The notes below the pieces were generated by a model, which worked only from the letters and a program-made list of their open reading frames with translations, was not told the origin of the DNA and ran no database searches. From an uncultured Nitrospiraceae bacterium (GTDB taxonomy: Bacteria; Nitrospirota; 9FT-COMBO-42-15; HDB-SIOI813): 64,000 nucleotides of DNA. Positions 1 through 8,502 of the stretch are shown here, in pieces; within the stretch, counting starts at the first letter, position 1; each line of letters opens with the position of its first letter. The stretch is from the NCBI GenBank assembly GCA_964611625.1, contig CAZTAM010000008.1, positions 45,387 through 109,386 on the forward strand, read 5' to 3'. The position numbers and the translations under genes are program-made.

Positions 1-603
1 ACATGCCATTGCATGTCCCAGGTCATGATTACAGTACCGAAATGCCCGCTCACCGTATTTCCATGATTCCCTCCAGTAGATACTGCTGAACGCCACTAAA
101 AAACCTTCTGTCTTAAAATGTTCTATAATCTCTGACCACAGCGAAGCCTCGAAAGTCGCCCGCCATTCTACGATATGCCGGTATGGATTATAATGATATA
201 CGCCGCCGCAATCATCGGAATCACTAAGGGGCGGCAGGATAAGATGAAACTCTGTCGGATGGAGATTCCCGCTTGATGGATTAATACGCAGGGCCCATGT
301 ATCTCCCGAAATTGACTTCCACGCAGAAAGACCGGCAGAAAGCTCAAGAAAAGCTCCAATGTTTTCAAACGTAAACTCTTTAGGAGGATTTTCCCTTCTG
401 TCATAAATCCCGAAATAATTGATCTCCGGATCCTTAGCTATGAAGGGAAATTCAAGTGCAGGTGCACCCTCATATCTCATGAAAGGTGCGGGCTGGTTTG
501 ACCAGTCAAGATGATCCGGAGATCTTGCATATTTACCCGGGTAGTGCTTGGTACGCTCATGATATTCAAGGATTTTCTGTATTCTGATTTCTCTTTCCAT
601 CAT
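1..603 (-). CDS. SagB/ThcOx-type nitroreductase-family dehydrogenase, N-terminal part only (gene runs off the left edge)
   Basis: Absent from the ORF track because there is no stop in the window. The reverse complement from ATG at 603 reads MMEREIRIQKILEYHERTKHYPGKYARSPDHLDWSNQP...FRYCNHDLGHAMAC, in frame to base 1. The EYHERTKH start and RYCxHDxGH are typical of SagB-type nitroreductase-fold proteins. Confidence 0.65.
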   Translation of the reverse strand, partial: MMEREIRIQKILEYHERTKHYPGKYARSPDHLDWSNQPAPFMRYEGAPALEFPFIAKDPEINYFGIYDRRENPPKEFTFENIGAFLELSAGLSAWKSISGDTWALRINPSSGNLHPTEFHLILPPLSDSDDCGGVYHYNPYRHIVEWRATFEASLWSEIIEHFKTEGFLVAFSSIYWRESWKYGERAFRYCNHDLGHAMAC

Positions 604-705
604 GAATTCCGCCCTTAAAAATCCATTTTATCACATCTGCATACGAGATTGATGGCCACGTCACAAAAAATCATGATCCATTTTCATATCTTTCTTTTCC
701 CTGGC

Positions 706-1953
706 CTATGTCTGCCTCATTTCATATATCGTATCCCTGTATCTCAATAACAGCAATAATCCCGGGATTGCAAAAAGAGCTGTAATTATAAAAAAGTATG
801 CCCACCCTACAGACTCTACCAGATAACCTGATGTAGGGGCAAGAAATATCCTGCCAAGTGCTGAGAGGGAGGACAACAGTGCATACTGTGTAGCACTGTA
901 GCGATGATTGCATAGCGCCATGAGCAGGGCTATAAATGACGCTGTCCCCATCCCTCCGCTGAAATTCTCAAATGCTACTGCAAAAATAAGCATTCCATAG
1001 CTCTTGCCAACTAAGGCAAGTGCCATAAATGAAAAATTAGACAATGCCTGCAATATCCCGAAAATCAGGAGCGACCGGAAAAGCCCAAGCCGCACCATAA
1101 GAGTACCTCCTGCCATAGCACCAAATATGACAGATAGTAATCCCAATCCCTTATTTATTGTACCGACATCAGTTGCAGTGAATCCGATCCCCCTGATGAG
1201 GAAGGGTGTTGTCATTGTACCTGCATAGGCATCACACAGCTTATAAAGCACTATCAGGATCAATATTGCTATAGCGCCTTTTCGGGAAAAAAAGTCTGCA
1301 AGAGGTCCCCCTACTGCCTCCTTAAGTGTCCTGGGAGGGACAATATTATTATCAGGTTCATTCCCGAAAAATGCAGCGGCAATACCTATAATCATCAACC
1401 CTGCCATAAGGAGATATGTATTCCTCCATCCAATCTGGTCAGAAAAAACCAGCGCCAATGCCCCGCCAACCAGCATTGCTATGCGGTAACCGGTAACAAA
1501 CACCGCCGCACCTAATCCACGTTCCTTTTCGCTGAGTATGTCTGTGCGGTATGCATCACTTACGATATCCTGAGATGCAGAGAAAAAGGCGACCATCATG
1601 GCAACAACGCCGAAGTACAACAGCTCTTCCTTTGGTGACCCAAGCCCCATCAGCACTACACCAATAATGATGGCAATCTGGGTCAGGATTATCCATCCCC
1701 TGCGTCTGCCCAACAGTGGTGGAACAAACCTGTCCATGAAAGGAGCCCATAGAAACTTCAATGTATAGGGAAGGCCGACGAGAGAAAAGATACCGATGGA
1801 ACGAATGTCTACACCTGCAACAGCCATCCATGCCTGCAATGTCCCCGATGTCAATACAAGTGGCAGGCCTGAAGAAAACCCCAGAAACAACAAAACAGAG
1901 ATATTACGGCTGGTGAATACATTCAACAGGTCGCTTCGAACAGAACTATGCAA
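706..1953 (-). CDS. ampG: AmpG-family muropeptide MFS permease
   Basis: 415-aa polytopic MFS protein. The N-terminus LLFLGFSSGLPLVLTSGTLQAWM, then FMDRF and RRRGW, match AmpG-family signatures. Confidence 0.8.
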   Translation of the reverse strand: MHSSVRSDLLNVFTSRNISVLLFLGFSSGLPLVLTSGTLQAWMAVAGVDIRSIGIFSLVGLPYTLKFLWAPFMDRFVPPLLGRRRGWIILTQIAIIIGVVLMGLGSPKEELLYFGVVAMMVAFFSASQDIVSDAYRTDILSEKERGLGAAVFVTGYRIAMLVGGALALVFSDQIGWRNTYLLMAGLMIIGIAAAFFGNEPDNNIVPPRTLKEAVGGPLADFFSRKGAIAILILIVLYKLCDAYAGTMTTPFLIRGIGFTATDVGTINKGLGLLSVIFGAMAGGTLMVRLGLFRSLLIFGILQALSNFSFMALALVGKSYGMLIFAVAFENFSGGMGTASFIALLMALCNHRYSATQYALLSSLSALGRIFLAPTSGYLVESVGWAYFFIITALFAIPGLLLLLRYRDTIYEMRQT

Positions 1954-2051
1954 TATAAGTCCTCAGATAATTTATGACAGGATAAAAGGACATATATCAG
2001 TCATGAAACCTTGTGATAAAAAATAATGATGAGGACCATGAATTCCAGATA

Positions 2052-2780
2052 TTATGGTTTCCTTATATCAGAGATATAGTCGCCGGAAAATCTGTAAATA
2101 ATTGAGCCCGTATATTTAGCAGGATAAACCCAATCCTCATATACAACTCTTCCTGAAAACACATAATCTTCATCGTTGTTATAATCTTCGCCGCCGCTAT
2201 AACTTCCATTGCCGCTGTAGACGTAATACTTCCCTTCCCAGCGCTCCTTATTTAAGGGTCTTCCACATTTAGCATAAAGTTCTGATTTAGTCATACCAAT
2301 TTGAATTCTATAGATGCCGCATGCAGCATCACTCAGAGGGATTTTCGGAGATAATTCCTCCGGTTCATCAGTAAAATAAAACCGTTCCGGTGTTTTTTTT
2401 CCCTTGTGTCCTTCTTCAATAGAAATCAATCGGCCTTCTTTAAACGTCAGGATTTTTACAAACCGGTCTGAACCAAGATCGTACAACCACTCATCATAAG
2501 TTGTGATAGTTATAACATCATTTACATAACCCTGCCTGCGTTCCCATGATTTATCAAATAACCCGGGCTCTCCTCTTTTATGATTTCTGTCATATGTAAT
2601 ATGTTTTTTTATTTCTTCATCCCTGCGCGTATTTCTAAAGGTCGGTTCACCGCATAGGCGGATGATCTCAACCTGACGATACCCTCTGTCTATTATATTT
2701 CCATTACAGGTAAAAGATTCTGCACCAATGTTTCCGGCAAGAATAAAAACAACACATATTGAAATAATAATTATTCGCAT
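2052..2780 (-). CDS. Secreted protein with two DUF2845-like halves
   Basis: Signal peptide MRIIIISICVVFILAGNIGAES. Two halves each carry C..(x)..CG(E/R)P ... W(L/V)Y ... F..G.(L/I)..I, which resembles the DUF2845 pattern. Confidence 0.5.
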   Translation of the reverse strand: MRIIIISICVVFILAGNIGAESFTCNGNIIDRGYRQVEIIRLCGEPTFRNTRRDEEIKKHITYDRNHKRGEPGLFDKSWERRQGYVNDVITITTYDEWLYDLGSDRFVKILTFKEGRLISIEEGHKGKKTPERFYFTDEPEELSPKIPLSDAACGIYRIQIGMTKSELYAKCGRPLNKERWEGKYYVYSGNGSYSGGEDYNNDEDYVFSGRVVYEDWVYPAKYTGSIIYRFSGDYISDIRKP

Positions 2781-2965
2781 CTCATGTCCTGTTATTCATG
2801 AATTATAGTCAGCCCCGAATAAGTCGCTGCTCTCATCAGAAATAAAGACAGCTATATTTAAATCATAAACAGGAAAAGATTGCAATTAACTTATTACAAT
2901 GATCAGAAAAGAACATAGGAAAATGACGACGATTGAAACATCCCTTTTAATTTAAGCACCCTTCC

Positions 2966-2995
2966 TTGACAACATATCGTTTAAACTTGTAATCT
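2966..2995 (+). promoter_or_regulatory. Candidate sigma70 promoter for the oxidase cluster (TTGACA-18 nt-TAATCT)
   Basis: Consensus -35 TTGACA at 2966-2971, an 18-nt spacer, then TAATCT at 2990-2995. It sits about 170 nt upstream of the SCO gene. Confidence 0.35.
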
Positions 2996-2998
2996 GTT

Positions 2999-3060
2999 AA
3001 GGTTACTGATTGCCTTTTTAGCAGCAGACAATAATGGCGATCGTACCTTTCAGTAACCTT
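2999..3060 (+). promoter_or_regulatory. Perfect 11-bp inverted repeat (AAGGTTACTGA / TCAGTAACCTT) with a 40-nt loop, at the predicted 5' end of the oxidase leader
   Basis: Arms at 2999-3009 and 3050-3060, read directly from the sequence. Confidence 0.4.
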
Positions 3061-3150
3061 ATAGGAATCTTTATGGCCTGATTAGAAAGATGTTAACTAA
3101 ACAGGGTAGTTAAATATCGCATATATAGAAACTGTATAACCGTATTTAAA

Positions 3151-3954
3151 TTGGTCAGATTAATTACGATGAAAGCATACCGATTGTTAATATCTGTAAC
3201 CCTTCTTACCTTAAGCAATCCTGCCTTCTTTAAAATTAACAGCGAAGCCGCGTATAGTTATTCTGACACGAAACAAATCGGGATAGATGAAAAACTTGGT
3301 GAAAATATCCCTTTAGATATTTCTTTTTTTGAAGAAAATGGCAGCCTTGTAAGAATATCCGAACTTGTAAAAGGGCCGACTGTTATTACTCTTGCCTATT
3401 TCAAATGTACAAACATATGCCCTGCAGTTCTCGAAGCTACAGCAAAGCTGTTAGAGAATACACGCCTCAAACCGCTCGATGACTATTCTGTAATAACTGT
3501 AAGTTTCAATGAGAACGAAACACCTGAGGATGCCGTGAGGGTAAAGGGAAATTACCTCAAGGCGATGGAAAAACCTTTTCCATATGATGGATGGAGATTT
3601 CTAACAGGGAATGCTGCCGAGATAAAGCGCCTGACAGACGCTGCAGGCTTCAGATATATTCGTCAGGGGGATGATTTTCTCCATCCTTCAGCGCTTATTA
3701 TCATATCAGAGGATGGGCATATAGCAAGATATCTATACGGAAAAAGTTTTCTGCCTTTCGACTTTGAAATGGCTATAACCGAGGCGGCTGCCGGTAAAAG
3801 CAGCCCGTCTATAAGGAAAGCAATCCTCTTATGTTTTAGTTATGATCCCGAGGGGAGGAGATACGTCTTCAATACACTGAAGGTAACCGGCATCGCAGCA
3901 TTGGCCGCAGCCGCAGCTATGTTTATCTTTGTGACCAGGGGCAGAAAAACCTGA
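3151..3954 (+). CDS. SCO1/SenC-family copper chaperone (thioredoxin fold)
   Basis: CxxxCP motif (FKCTNICPAVL), a conserved downstream His (FLHPSALI), an N-terminal TM/signal and a C-terminal TM. It lies immediately upstream of coxI. ATG at 3169 (MKAYRLL...) is an alternative start to TTG at 3151. Confidence 0.8.
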   Translation: MVRLITMKAYRLLISVTLLTLSNPAFFKINSEAAYSYSDTKQIGIDEKLGENIPLDISFFEENGSLVRISELVKGPTVITLAYFKCTNICPAVLEATAKLLENTRLKPLDDYSVITVSFNENETPEDAVRVKGNYLKAMEKPFPYDGWRFLTGNAAEIKRLTDAAGFRYIRQGDDFLHPSALIIISEDGHIARYLYGKSFLPFDFEMAITEAAAGKSSPSIRKAILLCFSYDPEGRRYVFNTLKVTGIAALAAAAAMFIFVTRGRKT

Positions 3955-3972
3955 TATCAGGCTGGAGGAATC

Positions 3973-5598
3973 TTGGATATTGAAAGGGGAGATTATTGCG
4001 GATTCTACTCAAATGAGGGACGGTCTCCGGGACTGCTTTCCTGGATATTCTCCTGGATATTCTCAATAGACCATAAACGTATCGGCATCCTCTATCTCAT
4101 CTCTACATTGACTGTCTTCTCAATAGGCGTCGTTCTGGGATTTCTAATAAGGCTTGAACTAATAGCTCCCGGCACGACCATCATGGAAGCACAGACGTAT
4201 AACGCTGTCTTCACCGTCCACGGCGTCATTATGATCTTCTTATTCATCATCCCTGTGACAACGGGTGTATTTGGCAATTTCTTACTCCCTATCCAGATCG
4301 GCGCAAAGGACATGGCTTTTCCCAGGCTTAATCTACTCTCCTGGTGGTTCTATATAGTTGGAGCGCTCCTCGTTTTCACATCTCTTTTTACCGGCGATGG
4401 CCCCCCGGACACCGGCTGGACCTTCTATGTACCTTACAGTATAAAGACGGGAACAAACGTATCACTTGCAGTCTTCGCTGTATTCGTGTTAGGTCTTTCT
4501 TCTATTTTAACAGGGATTAATTTTGTGACAACAGTCCACAGGCTAAGGGCCCCCGGGATGCTTTGGCATAAGCTTCCGCTATTTGTATGGTCGCTGTACG
4601 CAACCGCATGGATACTTATCATAGCTACACCGGTTGTCGGAATGACTTTTCTCCTGATAATTGCAGAGAGGTTTTTGGGGATCGGTATCTTCGATCCATT
4701 AAAGGGAGGTGACCCTATACTCTATCAGCATCTTTTCTGGATATACTCACACCCTGCCGTCTATGTGATGATTCTTCCGGGAATGGGAATCGCAGCAGAG
4801 ATCATACCTGTTTTCTGCAGAAGGGTCATTTTCGGTTACAGGGCCATAGCATATTCGAGCCTGGCTATAGCAATAATGGGTTCGATGGTCTGGGGACACC
4901 ACATGTTTGTAAGCGGTTTCAGCACCACTTCTGCGGTTGTCTTTTCACTGCTCACGTTCCTTGTAGCTATACCAAGCGCAATAAAAGTATTTAACTGGAC
5001 TGCTACTATGTATAAGGGATCTATCATCCTGGAGACCCCTTTTCTTATGACACTTGCTTTTATCTTTCAATTTTCCATTGGAGGGCTTACCGGATTAATG
5101 CTCGGCACCCTTTCTGTAAACGTCCATCTGCATGATACCGCCTTTGTGGTCGGCCATTTCCATTACATTGTCTTCGGAGGTGGCGGGTTCGCATTATTCG
5201 CCGGTCTCCATTACTGGTACCCCAAATTTTTCGGGAAGATGTACAGAAAAAAACCTGCTAATATAGCCGCCGCCTTTCTGTTTGCCGGTTTTAACATCCT
5301 CTATTTCCCCATGCTGATACTGGGTCTTAATGGTATGCCAAGGAGGTATTACGATTATCTTCCCGAATTCCAGCCTTTGCATATGGTCTCTACCTTTGGG
5401 TCGTGGATATTAATATCCGGCCTTATACTTATGTTTGCAAACCTGATCTATGCGCTCAAAAAGGGGGAAACAGCCCCTGCAAATCCATGGAACGGGGCGA
5501 CACTGGAATGGCAGACAGCCTCCCCTCCGCCTGCAGAGAATTTTCATAGCCCTCCTTTATTGGAACGCGGGCCTTACGATTACAGGGGATTAACATGA
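3973..5598 (+). CDS. ctaD: Cytochrome c oxidase subunit I (A-type heme-copper oxidase)
   Basis: DHKRIGILY, FWIYSHPAVYVMILPGMG (CuB His plus cross-link Tyr), WGHHMF and HFHYIV. TTG start with GGAGG 4 nt upstream. Confidence 0.95.
   Translation: MDIERGDYCGFYSNEGRSPGLLSWIFSWIFSIDHKRIGILYLISTLTVFSIGVVLGFLIRLELIAPGTTIMEAQTYNAVFTVHGVIMIFLFIIPVTTGVFGNFLLPIQIGAKDMAFPRLNLLSWWFYIVGALLVFTSLFTGDGPPDTGWTFYVPYSIKTGTNVSLAVFAVFVLGLSSILTGINFVTTVHRLRAPGMLWHKLPLFVWSLYATAWILIIATPVVGMTFLLIIAERFLGIGIFDPLKGGDPILYQHLFWIYSHPAVYVMILPGMGIAAEIIPVFCRRVIFGYRAIAYSSLAIAIMGSMVWGHHMFVSGFSTTSAVVFSLLTFLVAIPSAIKVFNWTATMYKGSIILETPFLMTLAFIFQFSIGGLTGLMLGTLSVNVHLHDTAFVVGHFHYIVFGGGGFALFAGLHYWYPKFFGKMYRKKPANIAAAFLFAGFNILYFPMLILGLNGMPRRYYDYLPEFQPLHMVSTFGSWILISGLILMFANLIYALKKGETAPANPWNGATLEWQTASPPPAENFHSPPLLERGPYDYRGLT
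4039..4062 (+). repeat. Perfect in-frame 12-bp tandem duplication (TCCTGGATATTC x2, giving SWIF-SWIF) in coxI
   Basis: Read directly. Units lie at 4039-4050 and 4051-4062, just before the DHKRIG motif. Confidence 0.9.
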
Positions 5599-6218
5599 CA
5601 GCAGGATCCGGGATGGAAATAGAAGAAGAACACAGGGATCCGATAGGCTCCCGTATGGGTATGTGGCTTTTTCTGTTTACAGAGCTTTTTTTGTTCGTCG
5701 CTCTTTTCATAGCATTCTTTTTCAACCGCAGCCGCTATCCTGAGGCATTTCATGATGCATCAGCAGGGCTTAATACTATGATTGCCATTGCAAACACCCT
5801 CATCTTACTGACGAGCAGCTTTTTTATGGCAACATCCGTATGGGCGATAAGGATGGGGAAGAAGCAACTGACAATAGTGGCCCTTCTGGTAACCATATTC
5901 TTAGGTGCAGTTTTCCTCGTGAACAAATACTTCGAGTGGAGTGTGAAGATAGGCCATGGGATATATCCCGGTTCTAAGGAAATGGAGAAGCTGTTAACTG
6001 GTGAGAACATTTTCTATAACCTTTACTTTATAATGACCGGGCTGCATGGTCTTCATGTGGCTGGAGGAATCGTACTTCTGGCTATTATGGTTATTTTAGT
6101 GGCAAGGGGAAAGATAGTAATGAACGATTATACCGCACTCGAGAACTCAGGGCTCTACTGGCATCTGATAGACATTATATGGATTTATCTCTTTTCATTC
6201 TTTTATCTGGTTGTATAG
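5595..6218 (+). CDS. ctaE: Cytochrome c oxidase subunit III
   Basis: 207-aa protein with 5 TM segments, YWHLIDIIW at the C-terminus, and a 4-nt ATGA overlap with coxI. Confidence 0.85.
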   Translation: MTAGSGMEIEEEHRDPIGSRMGMWLFLFTELFLFVALFIAFFFNRSRYPEAFHDASAGLNTMIAIANTLILLTSSFFMATSVWAIRMGKKQLTIVALLVTIFLGAVFLVNKYFEWSVKIGHGIYPGSKEMEKLLTGENIFYNLYFIMTGLHGLHVAGGIVLLAIMVILVARGKIVMNDYTALENSGLYWHLIDIIWIYLFSFFYLVV

Positions 6219-6519
6219 GAGGACTATGAATAAATCATCAATGAGAACTTTGCATGGTGCCACTATCCGCACATACATTATCGTATGGATCGTGATGATA
6301 GTCCTTACCATTGCAGCAGCAACAAGCGGGACTATGATTTCAGGGGGGTTCTGGGATAAAACACCTGTCTTCATAGCCATTGTCAAGACCTTTCTGATAA
6401 CAACTTATTTTATGAATCTGAAATACGAAAAGGGCTTTATCAGGATTATGATATTCTTTGTGCCTGTAGTGATCCTGATACTGGGTCTTTTTATCTATTC
6501 AGACATGGGATACAGATAG
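6211..6519 (+). CDS. Small membrane subunit, prokaryotic cytochrome oxidase subunit IV-like
   Basis: 102-aa protein with 3 TM segments. It sits between subunits III and II and overlaps coxIII by 8 nt. Confidence 0.6.
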   Translation: MYRRTMNKSSMRTLHGATIRTYIIVWIVMIVLTIAAATSGTMISGGFWDKTPVFIAIVKTFLITTYFMNLKYEKGFIRIMIFFVPVVILILGLFIYSDMGYR

Positions 6520-6522
6520 TAT

Positions 6523-7455
6523 ATGTTCAGGACAGCTTCAAGCATGATTGGAAAAGAAGTCGACGGCACCATTCTTATTCTCCTGGTTGTCTGCATCCTG
6601 ATTCTTGTGTTCATAACCTCTCTTATGGTCTATTTTATTGTCAGGTACCGCAGGATAAGAAATCATAACCCTTCTGACATTCCCGGTAACATACTGCTTG
6701 AAATAGCCTGGACTGTAATTCCAATATTCATAGTCCTGATCCTTTTTTATTATGGCTGGAATGACTACAGAAAAAGATCACTGGTTCCGGTAGACAGCAT
6801 TCAGGTCAGGGTAACGGCAAGGCAGTGGTCCTGGTCTTTTGAATATGAAGGTAATGTGAAGAGTGAAATACTTAAACTGCCAAAAGGGCAGCCTGTAAAG
6901 CTGATACTTGAATCAAATGATGTAATCCACAGCCTGTATATCCCCGCATTCAGGGTGAAAGAGGATGTGGTGCCCGGACTCAGGGACAACTTTCTCTGGT
7001 TTACCCCTGATGAGACCGGCACATATGATCTCTTCTGTACAGAGTACTGCGGACTCGCACACTCAAGGATGCTGACGACTGTAGAGGTGCTGGATGAACC
7101 GGCTTTTAATAAGTGGCATAAAGATATGATTACCGAGGTATCCGCTTCAACTGAAATATCATGGATAGAGCTTGGCCGCCGCTTAAGCTCTGAGAAGGGG
7201 TGCACCGCCTGCCACTCAACCGACGGTACAAAACGCATAGGACCTACCTGGAAGGGTTTATATCTGAAGAAGGAGACCATCATTTCAGACGGAAAGGAAA
7301 CAGAGGTAGTAGTTGATAATGATTACCTGATAAAATCAATGCTCGAACCAAATGCAGATGTTGTGAAAGGTTTTCTACCTATAATGCCATCCCAAAAGGG
7401 CATTCTGACAGAGGAAGAGATAGATGCCCTTGTAGAGTATATAAAGACGTTATGA
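6523..7455 (+). CDS. ctaC: Cytochrome c oxidase subunit II fused to a C-terminal cytochrome c domain (caa3 type)
   Basis: CuA site H...CTEYCGLAHSRM and heme-binding CTACH near the C-terminus. Confidence 0.9.
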   Translation: MFRTASSMIGKEVDGTILILLVVCILILVFITSLMVYFIVRYRRIRNHNPSDIPGNILLEIAWTVIPIFIVLILFYYGWNDYRKRSLVPVDSIQVRVTARQWSWSFEYEGNVKSEILKLPKGQPVKLILESNDVIHSLYIPAFRVKEDVVPGLRDNFLWFTPDETGTYDLFCTEYCGLAHSRMLTTVEVLDEPAFNKWHKDMITEVSASTEISWIELGRRLSSEKGCTACHSTDGTKRIGPTWKGLYLKKETIISDGKETEVVVDNDYLIKSMLEPNADVVKGFLPIMPSQKGILTEEEIDALVEYIKTL

Positions 7456-8174
7456 GGGGTAAGTGGACAGTAGAATTATTAGATAACCTGATGCATAAGT
7501 CCTATGCAATCAAAGACATCGGCGAGCGCATAGATTATCTCTCCAGACAGTTTCTGAATACTCCTTACAAAGAATCTTCTTTAACCGGCAGCATTAATGT
7601 ACCCGAGGTCTACGTCATTAACCTGGAAGGAATGGACTGTATTACCTTCATTGAATACATAGAGGCGATGCGCCTTTCACGCTCATATAATGAATTCACG
7701 GAGAATCTCAGGAAGGTTAGATACAGGAACGGAGAAGTCACTTTTGAGGGCAGGAGGCATTTCTTTACAAACTGGGTCGGATATAGACCCAGGACTGTCG
7801 AAGATTTAACAGCCGTGATCGGAGGGACCAGGACCGTGAAAATAAGAAAGACCTTGAACCTGAATAAAGATGGAACGCAAATAGTCATCGGTATATGCCC
7901 CGAAGAGACGGATGTCGCCTTCATACGCGGCGATGCTATTGATGACAAAGTCATAGAAAAGTTAAAGACCGGAGATTATGCAGGGATTTATTCCAGCAGG
8001 GACGGCCTTGATGTATCTCATACAGGAATAATAATAAAAGATGCGGACAAGACATATCTTCGTCACGCATCATCTCGAAAGGAAATTTATAAAGTTACTG
8101 ATGATGAGTTGACAAACTACTTATCTGGTAAGAATGGCCTTATAATATTGAGACCCATTGAATTAAGCAAGTAA
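7452..8174 (+). CDS. DUF1460-like NlpC/P60-fold amidase (putative anhydromuropeptide N-acetylmuramoyl-L-alanine amidase)
   Basis: Motif GMDCITFIEYIEAM (candidate catalytic Cys) followed by RYRNGEVTFEGRRHFFTNW, as I recall for DUF1460. Its start overlaps the coxII stop (ATGA). Confidence 0.45.
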   Translation: MRGKWTVELLDNLMHKSYAIKDIGERIDYLSRQFLNTPYKESSLTGSINVPEVYVINLEGMDCITFIEYIEAMRLSRSYNEFTENLRKVRYRNGEVTFEGRRHFFTNWVGYRPRTVEDLTAVIGGTRTVKIRKTLNLNKDGTQIVIGICPEETDVAFIRGDAIDDKVIEKLKTGDYAGIYSSRDGLDVSHTGIIIKDADKTYLRHASSRKEIYKVTDDELTNYLSGKNGLIILRPIELSK

Positions 8175-8392
8175 TAACTTTAGTATTAGGGTTTATCAAA
8201 CCAGCGTATCTTAATTGATACATAGTAACTGATAAGATAATTTATTGTATCCTTCAAATAATTGCACATTAAGATCATGATATTTATCAATATTTATAAC
8301 TCATTAATATATCTGATATCTGCTCGAAGTAGTATTAATACATGATCAATCAATTTATCTGGTCTGATTCTTGCTTTTTTATAGTATTAATA

Positions 8393-8421
8393 TTGACAGA
8401 ATCTATCGCCGCCAATATAAT
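8393..8421 (+). promoter_or_regulatory. Consensus sigma70 promoter TTGACA-17 nt-TATAAT
   Basis: TTGACA at 8393-8398 and TATAAT at 8416-8421, about 80 nt upstream of the response-regulator start, within a very AT-rich 330-bp intergenic region. Confidence 0.55.
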
Positions 8422-8502
8422 TTTCTCAAATCAGGAGCTATGCAATTCCAACTGTTAACCCATCCACTTGCCAGCTGACTCAGGATGACAGGAAGATAAA
8501 AG

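Noticed and set aside
6801-7283. 160-aa antisense ORF inside coxII, and a 172-aa antisense ORF at 13104-13622 inside the PAS kinase.
   Set aside because: Both are fully embedded opposite genes with unambiguous motifs (CuA site, heme c site, PAS/HisKA) and show no recognisable features of their own.
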